DNA of 64,000 bases from Candidatus Dojkabacteria bacterium (GCA_016929645.1 JAFGIK010000031.1:2548-66547); one strand, 5' to 3'; numbered from the stretch's first letter, positions 7,735 through 17,785 are shown. Notes: generated by a model from the letters alone, not told the origin. Numbers and translations: made by a program.

Positions 7735-10176
7735 ATGAAAAAGAAAAATTTGAACAAAGCTAAAATCCAAAACAAAAGTAAATCAAACAATAATCAAGAC
7801 AAGCTGTCAACCAAAAATAAAGCTGAAAAGAAACAGACTTCAAAACAACAGACAATAAGGATACCCAAACCTGATTTTAGTTTTGTTTCGTCAATTTTAA
7901 GTAAATTGAAACTTGGAAAAATATCAAATTCGGCAAAAATCATTTTTGAAATTGTTAGGAAAGAATTAACTGCACAATTTTCCAACCCTGCAATTTACGT
8001 TGTAATCGCCGTTTGTTTAGTTGTACTTGAATTCTTCTTTTTTTATTCATTAATGCAGACTCGGCTTGTTGATCTTAGACCCTTACTCGATAATATTCCA
8101 TGGTTGTTTATTGTCTTGATTCCAGCCGTGACAATGTCCACCCTATCCCAAGAAAATATTGACGGAACAATAGAATTCTATTTAACACAGCCAATAACTG
8201 AAGTCCAACTCCTCATAGGTAAATACCTTTCAAATTTGATTATCGTAGCATTAGCAGTTCTATCAACAGTTCCATCTGCACTATCGCTTTCAATATTTGG
8301 AAAACTAGATTGGGGTCAAGTAATCGGTCAATATCTTGCAATATTAGTCCTTGCATCAACAATTACAGCAATTGGCACCTTTGTATCATCCATAATTAAA
8401 AATCAAATAGGAGCATTACTAGTATCAATGCTCATTACAACTGCATTGATACTCATGGGAACTTCAATGATAACAGAGACCGTACCTCTTGAAATGGGAC
8501 AAGTTCTCGAAAGAATAAGCATCTATACACATTACCAATCACTAAGTAGGGGAATTATTGATTTCAAATCGTTTATTTATCTTATATCTCTGGGTGTAGC
8601 ATTTTTAATCGCTGCATATCTACCTTTTGTGCGAAATAAATACAGTACAGGTACAAAGGAATTTAAGAACTTACGCCTTGGAATATCACTCTCTGTCATA
8701 CTTGTTTTATGTGTTGCAGTTATCGGTCAATTCATCCCTGGTAGAATTGACCTTACGCAAAGTAAAAAATACTCATTATCTCAATCCACCAAAGACATTA
8801 TCTCAAACGCAGATGACATAATTAATATAACAGTATACGCATCTTCAAAAGTTCCAGCTCAATTTCAAAGTCAATATCGAGAGGTTAGAGATATGCTTAA
8901 TGATTATGAAAACTACTCTAACGGGAAAGTAAATGTCACTTACAAATACCCAGATAAAGATTCAGACGTAGAAACAGAAGCACTGGAAAAAGGCATTACT
9001 CAAGTCGAATACAATGTTATGACAAATGATGAGATATCAGTAAAGAAAGGATATCTTGGCATATTAATTTCATACGTTGATGAAACTGAAGTAATTCCGT
9101 TCATCCAGGATACATCTTCTCTCGAATATGACCTTACAAGCAAAATACTTCAACTCACCAGTAATGATCAAAAGATCGTTGCTTTTATCGAAGACAAATC
9201 AACACATTCACCTTATTATGATTACACATTATTTAAAAATCTATTGGATGGAGAGTATGAAGTAACAACTATAAACATTTCAGGGCAGACAGGGGAGGAT
9301 ACAGAAACTTCAAATCCAATCCAAATACCAGAAGATATAGATGCAATAATACTTGCTGGGACAACAAGTGAATTTACCGAAGAAGAAAAACAGGTTATTT
9401 TTGACTATCTAGATCAAGGTGGATCAATGTTAGCACTAATTGACCCTGTGACAGTCAATCAGCAAAGCATAACTGCAACACTAAACGAAAACAGTCAGTA
9501 TGATTTTTTCGAAGATTATGGGATTGAAGTAGAGCAAAATCTTGTTTACGACTTAGAATATAATGAGATCGTAACATTCTCAAGCGGAGATCAACCTTAT
9601 ATATTTTATTATCCATTTTGGACAATAGCATTACCATCAAAAGATTCTCCAATTACTTCAAGTTTATCTTCAATAACAACAAGATGGCCTAGCAGTATTA
9701 AAATAACAGATACAGATAATGTTGAAGTGACACCATTGCTCAAGACATCAGCTAGTTCTTATTACCAGACTGATGTATATTCAATAACACCAGACGTTAC
9801 GCCATCCCCAACAGAAGACCAAATGCAAGAGTTGACACTGGCAGTAAGTGTAACAAAAAAAGTTGACAACAAGACACAGCGCATTGTCGTCATAGGTAAC
9901 TCAGAAATCCTTTCCGACACCACAGTACAGGCAAATCAGGATAACCTACAACTCGGTGTAAACACTGTTGATTGGTTATCATCAAATTCAAAATTAGCAG
10001 AAATAAGACAAAAGAATACATCTGCCTCACCGTTACTCTTCACGGCTGATTGGCAAGCAAATATTCTCAGATATGGCAATATCATAGGAATCGCAGTAAT
10101 AATTCTTTCAGTAGGAACGGTTGTTGTGATAACAAGAAATCAAAAAACAAAAAAGAAATATAAACAGGAATTGTAA
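7735..10176 (+). CDS. Fusion of an ABC-2 family permease (GldF-like) with a large extracytoplasmic domain and a C-terminal TM helix (GldG-like ABC_transp_aux architecture). Carries a Lys/Asn-rich N-terminal extension.
   Basis: The N-terminal block is polytopic, beginning FEIVRKELTAQFSNPAIYVVIAVCLVV, and has about 6 TM helices. A soluble domain of about 480 aa follows. The terminal TM helix is IIGIAVIILSVGTVVVI. The gene sits immediately downstream of the GldA-like ATPase. Confidence 0.55.
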   Translation: MKKKNLNKAKIQNKSKSNNNQDKLSTKNKAEKKQTSKQQTIRIPKPDFSFVSSILSKLKLGKISNSAKIIFEIVRKELTAQFSNPAIYVVIAVCLVVLEFFFFYSLMQTRLVDLRPLLDNIPWLFIVLIPAVTMSTLSQENIDGTIEFYLTQPITEVQLLIGKYLSNLIIVALAVLSTVPSALSLSIFGKLDWGQVIGQYLAILVLASTITAIGTFVSSIIKNQIGALLVSMLITTALILMGTSMITETVPLEMGQVLERISIYTHYQSLSRGIIDFKSFIYLISLGVAFLIAAYLPFVRNKYSTGTKEFKNLRLGISLSVILVLCVAVIGQFIPGRIDLTQSKKYSLSQSTKDIISNADDIINITVYASSKVPAQFQSQYREVRDMLNDYENYSNGKVNVTYKYPDKDSDVETEALEKGITQVEYNVMTNDEISVKKGYLGILISYVDETEVIPFIQDTSSLEYDLTSKILQLTSNDQKIVAFIEDKSTHSPYYDYTLFKNLLDGEYEVTTINISGQTGEDTETSNPIQIPEDIDAIILAGTTSEFTEEEKQVIFDYLDQGGSMLALIDPVTVNQQSITATLNENSQYDFFEDYGIEVEQNLVYDLEYNEIVTFSSGDQPYIFYYPFWTIALPSKDSPITSSLSSITTRWPSSIKITDTDNVEVTPLLKTSASSYYQTDVYSITPDVTPSPTEDQMQELTLAVSVTKKVDNKTQRIVVIGNSEILSDTTVQANQDNLQLGVNTVDWLSSNSKLAEIRQKNTSASPLLFTADWQANILRYGNIIGIAVIILSVGTVVVITRNQKTKKKYKQEL

Positions 10177-10820
10177 TGAAAGATAAATCTATAGCAAATC
10201 TTCTTCTGGCAATAATAATCTCACTAGGAATAATTTTTTCGATAGTCGTTATTGTTCAGAACAAGAAAGATAACACTCCGAAAATTGATAATCCATTTGA
10301 GTTTGAGAATATTACAAAAGAAAACGTTACTAAAATAGAAATAATCACACCGGAGTGGGTTACACAGGAACAACAAGCCGCAGGACAGACAATAAATGAA
10401 GAACTTGATAATAATGACTCCCAAAATTTCAATAAAATTACCTTGGAAAACAAAGATGGAGTGTGGACACTCGATAATCAAAAAGCAAATAATTCAAATA
10501 TCTCTAGTTTTATTGAAATCTCAAACCAGGCAACTGTACAAGATATAGTTTCTACAAATAAAGATAATCATTCAAAATTCTGGGTAGATGAGGATACGGG
10601 CATTTTGGTAAAGTATTTTGATAAGAATGGAGATATAATTGATTCCTTTTACGTCGGAAAAACAGCAAGCACAAACTCATGCTACATAAGAAAAGACGGG
10701 GATAACCGAGTTTACAAAGTATCAAAGAACCTTACATATTATGCGACTCTTGGATATGATTATTGGATTGATATTCCAGAAGAAAACAGTATTGAAGATC
10801 AGTCAATCTCAGAAGAATAA
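10176..10820 (+). CDS. hypothetical membrane-anchored protein (possibly the DUF4340-like accessory of the GldA/F/G-type ABC system)
   Basis: N-terminal TM helix (LLLAIIISLGIIFSIVVIV). Its start overlaps the stop of the upstream gene by 1 nt. The DUF4340 assignment rests on gene context only. Confidence 0.4.
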   Translation: MKDKSIANLLLAIIISLGIIFSIVVIVQNKKDNTPKIDNPFEFENITKENVTKIEIITPEWVTQEQQAAGQTINEELDNNDSQNFNKITLENKDGVWTLDNQKANNSNISSFIEISNQATVQDIVSTNKDNHSKFWVDEDTGILVKYFDKNGDIIDSFYVGKTASTNSCYIRKDGDNRVYKVSKNLTYYATLGYDYWIDIPEENSIEDQSISEE

Positions 10821-10935
10821 TAAAAATAGAACATAAATATACGGAAAGAATAATACCAAACATTAAGATAGATAGAGAAATCAACACAAATTGATATTTA
10901 TCATCATTAATATATAATGAATTTTCAAATAAGTT

Positions 10936-11895
10936 ATGAATTTGAAACTAATGCCTGAGAATAACACCATCTTCGACTGCATTGTGATAGGAACAGGTAT
11001 GGCTGGATATACAGCCTCGATATATTTATCCAGATACAAAGTGACCAACTTGATTATTGGAAATGTTGTTGGTGGACAAGCTTCAGAAGCTCATAAAATT
11101 GAGAACTATCCAGGAATAAGATCAATATCAGGCTTTGAACTAGCCCAAAAGTTCAATGACCATGCAAAAGATTTAGGTGCAGAAATTCAACTAGATACAG
11201 TAACGAAAGTAGCTAAACTAGACAAATTATATGAAGTTAGCACAGCGTCAGGGAAGCGCTTTTATTCAAAAACTCTATTGATTACAACAGGCAAGAAAAG
11301 GAGAAAACTAGGATTAAAAGAAGAGGATAAGTTCATGGGTAAAGGACTGACATACTGCACCACGTGCGACGGACCTTTTTACAAAGACAAAGTAGTCGCA
11401 GTTATTGGTGGTTCAGACGCAGCAAATTCATCAAGTATATACCTTTCAGAAATCGCCCAAAAAGTATATCAAATATATAGAGGAGAAAAGCTGAGGGGAG
11501 AACAGGCTTGGATTGATCAAGTTCACAAAGCGAAAAATATTGAAGTATTGTTTAATACAAATGTAATCGCAATTAATGGTAGAGATAAACTAGAATCAAT
11601 TGACATTGATGCCAAGTTTAACTCGAGCAACAACATTGTTGTTGATGGTTTATTCATTGAAATTGGGGCTATCCCAGATCCAACAATACCAAAACAGCTA
11701 AACATCAAACTGGATGACGAAGATTACATAGTGGTAGATCAGACCCAAGCAACGTCCACTGAGGGAATCTGGGCTGCAGGTGATATTACAACAGCATCCA
11801 ATAAATATGCCCAGATCGTAACAGCAGCAGGAGAAGCAGCCCTAGCAGCAAGAAGCATTTTTGAATATTTGCAAAAGATAACCATTGATAAATAA
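10936..11895 (+). CDS. trxB: thioredoxin-disulfide reductase-like FAD/NAD(P)-dependent oxidoreductase
   Basis: FAD site DCIVIGTGMAGYTASIY. Redox-active CxxC motif CTTCDGPFY (TrxB-type CATCDG). Second dinucleotide site VAVIGGSDAA. C-terminal GIWAAGD. Confidence 0.75.
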   Translation: MNLKLMPENNTIFDCIVIGTGMAGYTASIYLSRYKVTNLIIGNVVGGQASEAHKIENYPGIRSISGFELAQKFNDHAKDLGAEIQLDTVTKVAKLDKLYEVSTASGKRFYSKTLLITTGKKRRKLGLKEEDKFMGKGLTYCTTCDGPFYKDKVVAVIGGSDAANSSSIYLSEIAQKVYQIYRGEKLRGEQAWIDQVHKAKNIEVLFNTNVIAINGRDKLESIDIDAKFNSSNNIVVDGLFIEIGAIPDPTIPKQLNIKLDDEDYIVVDQTQATSTEGIWAAGDITTASNKYAQIVTAAGEAALAARSIFEYLQKITIDK

Positions 11896-11981
11896 CAAGA
11901 AACAATATATCTTATGAGAAACAGATATATCTATTTCATTTTGGTGAGAAACTCTAAAGGACCAACATTTTCATAAAAATA

Positions 11982-13733
11982 ATGTCAAAAGAAAATTCAT
12001 CTATCAAACTAGTATATAAGGCAGTCAAAGAAGTTATTTCCGCAAATAAATTTGAGGGGATTTTATACCCAGTTTTAACAAACATCAGATCTCTATTGGA
12101 TATCTGTAAGATTTTGGTGATGGGTAAACTCCTTGATTCCATAACAAACTTCATATTAAACACAAAAGATCATAGCCTCAAATCAATAATTAGCTCAGAA
12201 ATCGGCAAAATATTCATAATAATAATTTTCATAGAATTCGTATCAACAGCGATCACAAAATTCAACGAATATTTTCAACAACATCTTTATGACAAGTTTA
12301 TTCAGAAATATAAAGTAAAATGCATAAAGAAATTTGCGCAACTAAATCTCCAGGATGTGGAACAAACTAAATTTCAAAATCTAGTACAATCCAGAGTTCC
12401 CAATTACTCATTGGACACAATTTGGGATACATACTTAAAGGTTACAGATATACTTTACCAATCAATACGATTAGTCAGTTCAGCTATTGTCATTGTCACT
12501 CAAATGTCAATTTGGGGCCTAGTAATTGCGTTATTTGTCATACCCGAAGCAATATTCAGATTCAATGAGAATCAAAAGATAAAAGAATACAGGGATAAGA
12601 ACACTGAAAAAAGAAAGTTCATTGACTACTTATCAAGACAGGCAACAGACATTGCAAACTTCGCAGAGTTAAGAGTCGATAACGGGTTCAAATTCTTTCA
12701 TAAATCTTTTGAAAGAGAATCTTCGTCTTTTATCCGAGAAGAAACCAAACTTAATAAGGAAGGACAAATTGTTTCCTTTGTATGGAGCTGGATTGGAAGC
12801 TCACTCAGGCGTCTCGCTCAGCTAGCTCTTGTTCCAATAGCGATTATTGATAAGTACTCGATAGGTACATTCAAATACCTTTTTGATTACATCGATAATC
12901 TTTACGGGGCGTCTTGGAATGTTATCTGGCAAATATTAATGCTAAAAAATAATACACTGTATATTAAAGATTATTTTGATCTAATGGAATACCAGGGGTT
13001 TGGCGACGTTTTTTCTGGCTCACAACAATTAAATAATATGGATACACCCAAAATTGAATTCAAAAATGTTAGTTTTAAATATCCAAATAGCAGCGCTTCC
13101 GCCATCGAAGATATTTCTTTTATAATCAACCCAGGTGAAAAAGTCGCAGTAATTGGTCATGACAACTCAGGGAAAAGTACATTATCCAAACTTCTATGTG
13201 GACTATATCAGATTGGCCCTGGAGACATTTTTATCGATGATATTTCCATAAAAAATCTTGAACGAGGCGAATTAAAAGAAAAGCTCGCTATGGTTTTTGA
13301 AAACTATGTTAAATACACGTTCAGCATTAGAAAAAATATTGTTCTTACCGAACCAGAAAGACTATTTAATAGACGATTGTACGAGGAAGCATTAGAAATT
13401 ACAGGCCTTGATGATTGGTTAAAAGAATATGGGATGAAGGATTCTCAAGTGCTTGGCAAATTGTTCAGCAACGGTATGGATATTTCATCAGGACACTGGC
13501 AAAGAATTGCAATTGCACGAGCAATCTATCATGACAGATCTGTACTAATTTTTGATGAGAGTTTAACTCAGATTGACAGTTTTTCAAGAAGACCAATACT
13601 TGAGAAAACCATTAAGCATAGACCTAAACAAACATTCATCAACATTACTCAAGATGAATCGGATAGTGACCTATTTGACAAGATAATTTACATTAATAAA
13701 GGAAAGCTTGATAACATTTTAATAAAAGATTAA
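11982..13733 (+). CDS. ABC exporter, fused TMD-NBD half-transporter, with degenerate Q-loop, signature and H-loop motifs
   Basis: The N-terminal 340 aa carry about 6 TM helices with the exporter-type loop ...QLNLQDVEQTKFQNLVQSRVPNYSLDTI. In the NBD, Walker A is intact (GHDNSGKST) and Walker B is LIFDES. The signature is SSGHWQ rather than LSGGQ. The Q-loop reads MVFEN. No H-loop His is present. Confidence 0.7.
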   Translation: MSKENSSIKLVYKAVKEVISANKFEGILYPVLTNIRSLLDICKILVMGKLLDSITNFILNTKDHSLKSIISSEIGKIFIIIIFIEFVSTAITKFNEYFQQHLYDKFIQKYKVKCIKKFAQLNLQDVEQTKFQNLVQSRVPNYSLDTIWDTYLKVTDILYQSIRLVSSAIVIVTQMSIWGLVIALFVIPEAIFRFNENQKIKEYRDKNTEKRKFIDYLSRQATDIANFAELRVDNGFKFFHKSFERESSSFIREETKLNKEGQIVSFVWSWIGSSLRRLAQLALVPIAIIDKYSIGTFKYLFDYIDNLYGASWNVIWQILMLKNNTLYIKDYFDLMEYQGFGDVFSGSQQLNNMDTPKIEFKNVSFKYPNSSASAIEDISFIINPGEKVAVIGHDNSGKSTLSKLLCGLYQIGPGDIFIDDISIKNLERGELKEKLAMVFENYVKYTFSIRKNIVLTEPERLFNRRLYEEALEITGLDDWLKEYGMKDSQVLGKLFSNGMDISSGHWQRIAIARAIYHDRSVLIFDESLTQIDSFSRRPILEKTIKHRPKQTFINITQDESDSDLFDKIIYINKGKLDNILIKD

Positions 13734-13817
13734 GATTTAGTGCTAAAAATTCATTAAGAATGGAGATTCGAAAAAGTATTTTTTAATTAAAATTTCACAA
13801 AATAAAAAGAAATATAT

Positions 13818-14495
13818 ATGGAAAATGTCACCTTTATTACACTAGTCACAGCCGCTATTGCAGATTCAATAAACCCTTGTGCGATAGGAGTTTTGGTTTT
13901 CATGATAACGTTTCTTGCAAATCTGAAAGTCCCAAAGAAGAAAATGCTGGCAATAGGATTCACATATATTCTTATGGTTTTTGTATCGTATTATCTTGCG
14001 GGAATTGGAATCCTAAATATCATTACTAAAATACCATTTTTAGACATAATTTATAAAATCCTTGGCGGTATAGTATTAATTGCTGGAGTTATTGATATAT
14101 ACGATGGGATTAGAAATTCACAAAAACCGTTACTTGCAATACCAAGGGCAGCATCACCACATATTAAAAATTACATAAGAAAAGCAACCATCCCTGCAGC
14201 AATAGCCTTAGGTGCAATTGTTGCACTTTTTGAACTACCATGTTCAGGTTTTGTTTACTTTGCAATCCTTGGAATGATGTCAAAATCACAAATGCAAGTG
14301 AAAGGATACCTATATTTAGCAATCTATAACTTTATTTTTGTATTACCACTAATAATAATCTTGCTTCTTTCTACATTTGGATTATCTTCAGAAAAAGTTC
14401 AGGCTTGGAAAAACAACAATAAGGGTTTGATGCGCATAATAATCGGATTTGCTATGGTACTCCTTGGAGTATTAATGATTTCTGATATAGTATAG
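13818..14495 (+). CDS. ccdA: CcdA/DsbD-family thiol:disulfide interchange membrane protein (cytochrome c biogenesis CcdA-like)
   Basis: Polytopic membrane protein. It has the two conserved Cys in TM helices: SINPCAIGVL and ELPCSGFVYFAILG. Confidence 0.75.
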   Translation: MENVTFITLVTAAIADSINPCAIGVLVFMITFLANLKVPKKKMLAIGFTYILMVFVSYYLAGIGILNIITKIPFLDIIYKILGGIVLIAGVIDIYDGIRNSQKPLLAIPRAASPHIKNYIRKATIPAAIALGAIVALFELPCSGFVYFAILGMMSKSQMQVKGYLYLAIYNFIFVLPLIIILLLSTFGLSSEKVQAWKNNNKGLMRIIIGFAMVLLGVLMISDIV

Positions 14496-14531
14496 GTTAA
14501 ATTAATATTATAATTATAACACAATCGTATC

Positions 14532-14732
14532 ATGAGCGAGATCGAAACAGATGGCCAAAATACAGAAAAAGCTTTAATTGGAGATATCTTTTCCTGTTCA
14601 ATTTGCGGACAGGAAGTCACTATTATAAAAGAAGGGTTTGGAAAATTAACCTGCTGTGGAAAACCGATGAATATCATAAAGGAGGAAGAGTTTATCGACG
14701 AGGACGAAGAAAATGAGGAAGCAGAGGAGTAA
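14532..14732 (+). CDS. desulforedoxin-like small Fe(Cys)4 protein with an acidic C-terminal tail
   Basis: The segment FSCSICGQEVTIIKEGFGKLTCCGKPM aligns with the desulforedoxin / Dfx-N motif [27 protein letters not shown] (CxxC ... G.G.L.CCG..M). Confidence 0.75.
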   Translation: MSEIETDGQNTEKALIGDIFSCSICGQEVTIIKEGFGKLTCCGKPMNIIKEEEFIDEDEENEEAEE

Positions 14733-14773
14733 CCTCAAATCAAATACATAAATCATATTATTAACTTAAAACA

Positions 14774-15364
14774 ATGAGATTATTACTCCACTGTTGTTGT
14801 GCTGAATGCACATTCAAAGCAATAGAATCCTTAAAAGGCAACAAAAAAATTTCAGAAGTTGAACTATTCTTTTCAAACAGCAATATACACCCAAGAACAG
14901 AATATCTCGCAAGACTTGAAGCCGCAAAATTTATTGCAAACAAGTTTAATTTAAAACTAAATATTGAAGACTGGAGCCCTAAAGACTGGTTTCGTAATGT
15001 CATTAATAAAAAGGATACTCAATTAAAAGATACTTCAAGATGTGAAAAATGTTGGAATTATAGGCTCACAAGATCATTTGAATATGCAACATCAAAAAAT
15101 TTTAGCCTATTCTCTACAACACTGCTAACAAGTCATTATCAAAATGAGGATCAGATTAATAAGATAGGAAGAGATTTAAGCCAAAATCTGCAAGAAAACA
15201 ATAAGAAAACAGTGGAGTTTTTAAAATTACCTAAATTTGAAGACCAAATCACTACCACTGGATTCTACAAACAAAATTATTGTGGATGTATATACTCATT
15301 AAAAGATAGATTTGAGGAGAAGTTCAAATTAAGTACAAATTTCAATTTTAAATATAAAGTATAG
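14774..15364 (+). CDS. queH: epoxyqueuosine reductase QueH (DUF208)
   Basis: N-terminal LLLHCCCAECT (QueH CCAPC-type motif), RCEKCW, and C-terminal YCGCIYSL. About 196 aa. Confidence 0.7.
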   Translation: MRLLLHCCCAECTFKAIESLKGNKKISEVELFFSNSNIHPRTEYLARLEAAKFIANKFNLKLNIEDWSPKDWFRNVINKKDTQLKDTSRCEKCWNYRLTRSFEYATSKNFSLFSTTLLTSHYQNEDQINKIGRDLSQNLQENNKKTVEFLKLPKFEDQITTTGFYKQNYCGCIYSLKDRFEEKFKLSTNFNFKYKV

Positions 15365-15525
15365 CCTGCATAATAGACGTTTAAAACACACCAAAATATT
15401 GTTGAGTAATCTCATGTTTCGTTATTAAGCCAAAACGCATAATCCTCGTACGAAAGGATCATCAATACTGCAAATTGAGTTATTAAATAGTCACAAAAAG
15501 TTCACATACATAAATACATTCAGAT

Positions 15526-16833
15526 CTATTCACGAGGTTCTTTATGTTTAAAAAAACAAAGTTCACGAATAATAAATGCTCCAAACATAAAAATAAATAA
15601 TACTGCATATGTTATAGATTGATTAAAAACAGCATTATCCAGTGTGACATTGTTAAAAGTGAATAACAGGAAATGTAATAAAAAGATTGCTCCCAAAATA
15701 AAGAAATGATACATATCTTTTCTGGCAATTAAAAATTGAACCAATAAATATACAGATGAGTAAAGAGAAACAACAAAACTAAATACAATAACATATTTGG
15801 AAACTTCATCATATAATCCTTTAAACATCAATCTAACCATTTCCTCCTTAAAGAATATAAACATCAAACACAAACCAAATCCCAAAACTAAGTTCAGAGC
15901 GACAGAAAAGAAAAGTAGCTGCAATTTTTTATTCCTATTAGCTCTTTTTGACAAATTAGCAAACAATACAGATGCAAACGTTGTTGAACCAAAAAAAATT
16001 ATCTTAGCAATGAGAGTTAATGCTGAATATGATGATTTTATATTCTCATTTACATAAACGACATCCAGAGTAAAAAAAGAATTAATTAAGAATAAGGAGA
16101 TAAAGGTATATAGAAAATCATTAAGATTTAAATTTAGACCGATTGGTTCCTGTTTATTCTTATCAAATTTAACCGTAGGTAAGAAAAGAATTGATGTAAT
16201 AATCATAGGAATACCGTAAGCAACAATAGCAAGATCAGGAGAATCGCTGACTTTCACCAGGACAATACCTAAAAGAAACTTCAAAATCGTTTCAGAAAAA
16301 AAAAGAATATTCACAAGTTTTAGTTTTTGCAATCCTTGCAGAAAACCTTTAGTAACAGGAGAAATTATAGAAGCAAACAATACTAGGCTCAAAATCCAGA
16401 TATTTGAAACGTTTAGTCCTTTCAGAAAATAAATCATCACAAGAACCGGAGACAAAAAAATAATCAAAATACTCAAAGCTACAGCCAAAATATAAAAGAA
16501 CCTAACATACTTGATTTTGAAGGAAGACAAATTATACTGCAGGTTATATGCGACTTTCTTTGTAATAACCATAGAAATTGTACTTGCAGGAATTTGAATT
16601 AGGTATACAAGATTAATCATTGTACTGAAAACACCAAAGGATTCTCTAGATAAATTCTGAACAACGACAATATTGAAAAAATAATTTATAACACCAGATA
16701 AAAGATTTAATCCAGAAGAAAAAAACAAGTCAGTAATAAACTTAATTGATATGTTCCTAGATAAACTTTTTAATGTTTTGGGTGTGATAGATTTATTCAT
16801 AAGTATAAGAAATACAAAAAAGGCCTTTACCAA
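15526..16833 (-). CDS. MOP-superfamily polysaccharide/oligosaccharide flippase (Wzx-like)
   Basis: 435 aa with about 12-14 TM helices. It is divergently placed at the head of a glycosyltransferase island. Confidence 0.55.
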   Translation of the reverse strand: MVKAFFVFLILMNKSITPKTLKSLSRNISIKFITDLFFSSGLNLLSGVINYFFNIVVVQNLSRESFGVFSTMINLVYLIQIPASTISMVITKKVAYNLQYNLSSFKIKYVRFFYILAVALSILIIFLSPVLVMIYFLKGLNVSNIWILSLVLFASIISPVTKGFLQGLQKLKLVNILFFSETILKFLLGIVLVKVSDSPDLAIVAYGIPMIITSILFLPTVKFDKNKQEPIGLNLNLNDFLYTFISLFLINSFFTLDVVYVNENIKSSYSALTLIAKIIFFGSTTFASVLFANLSKRANRNKKLQLLFFSVALNLVLGFGLCLMFIFFKEEMVRLMFKGLYDEVSKYVIVFSFVVSLYSSVYLLVQFLIARKDMYHFFILGAIFLLHFLLFTFNNVTLDNAVFNQSITYAVLFIFMFGAFIIRELCFFKHKEPRE

Positions 16834-16905
16834 AAAAATAATATATAGTAAAATATCGTTTAGAAAATTGTCATTAATTTTACATTAAATTAATAAACAT
16901 TAAAA

Positions 16906-17742
16906 ATGAACAAAGGAATTAAAAGACTTATTGCTTCTTTGATAACCTTCGTTGTAGCTGGATCATATTTTGTTACACCAGTCGCAGCAGTTACAAATGG
17001 ACAACCATTGCCACCAAACAATGGTAATCCAGGAGCTGGTAACCAAGGAGGAGATGATGGAGAAGTTTTAGGTGCAGAGACAGAACTCAAACCAGATGCA
17101 AATGGAGTATTCTCTATTGACGCAAAAGCTGGCAATATATTTATCCTTGATGGTAGCAAAGGTGGACTTTGCAAAAGCTTTTACAACTTGAAGCTCGAAT
17201 TTAAGAATGATGCCGAAGGTAAAGTATATGTAATATCAAAGGTATCAGAAGACTTAGAAAAAGTTCCAAATGAAAAACCAACAGAAAATTTAGATAATAT
17301 TTATGATGTTTGTGAGATCAAAATTGAAGGTTTTGATGACAATGATTTAAGTGAAAAAGTACTTAAAACTATTGTCGCAGACGAATGGATGACAGATAGA
17401 GATTTAGCAAATTATGATTTGAGATTTTTCTATTCAGATACTTTGGCTGATTGGAATAATGATACATTGACAAGCGATAACACAGTAACAATTGACAATA
17501 TTAAATATAGAAGATATGAAGTTGATGTCGAAGAGCTTTCAACAAATTATTCAATAGCAGAGAAGAACACAGAAACTCAGGAAGAAGAGGAACCAGAGGA
17601 AGAAAATAATACAGAGAAAGATGAAACAAAAGAAAAAGAAGGTTCAAACTTCCTCACAATATTCTTAGTTATACTTGCAGTGTTAGTAGCATTAGTAGTT
17701 GGTGGGTTAATCTTCTTCTCAGGAAGCAAGAGCAAGGAATAA
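16906..17742 (+). CDS. secreted cell-surface protein with a C-terminal acidic stretch and TM anchor
   Basis: Signal peptide MNKGIKRLIASLITFVVAGSYFVTPVAAV. Gly/Pro/Asn-rich linker. Acidic run EEEEPEEENN, then C-terminal TM helix FLVILAVLVALVVGGLIFF. Confidence 0.6.
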   Translation: MNKGIKRLIASLITFVVAGSYFVTPVAAVTNGQPLPPNNGNPGAGNQGGDDGEVLGAETELKPDANGVFSIDAKAGNIFILDGSKGGLCKSFYNLKLEFKNDAEGKVYVISKVSEDLEKVPNEKPTENLDNIYDVCEIKIEGFDDNDLSEKVLKTIVADEWMTDRDLANYDLRFFYSDTLADWNNDTLTSDNTVTIDNIKYRRYEVDVEELSTNYSIAEKNTETQEEEEPEEENNTEKDETKEKEGSNFLTIFLVILAVLVALVVGGLIFFSGSKSKE

Positions 17743-17785
17743 TTTATAGCTTTTTAGATCAAGATCACTAAATTTGTAAAAAGAA

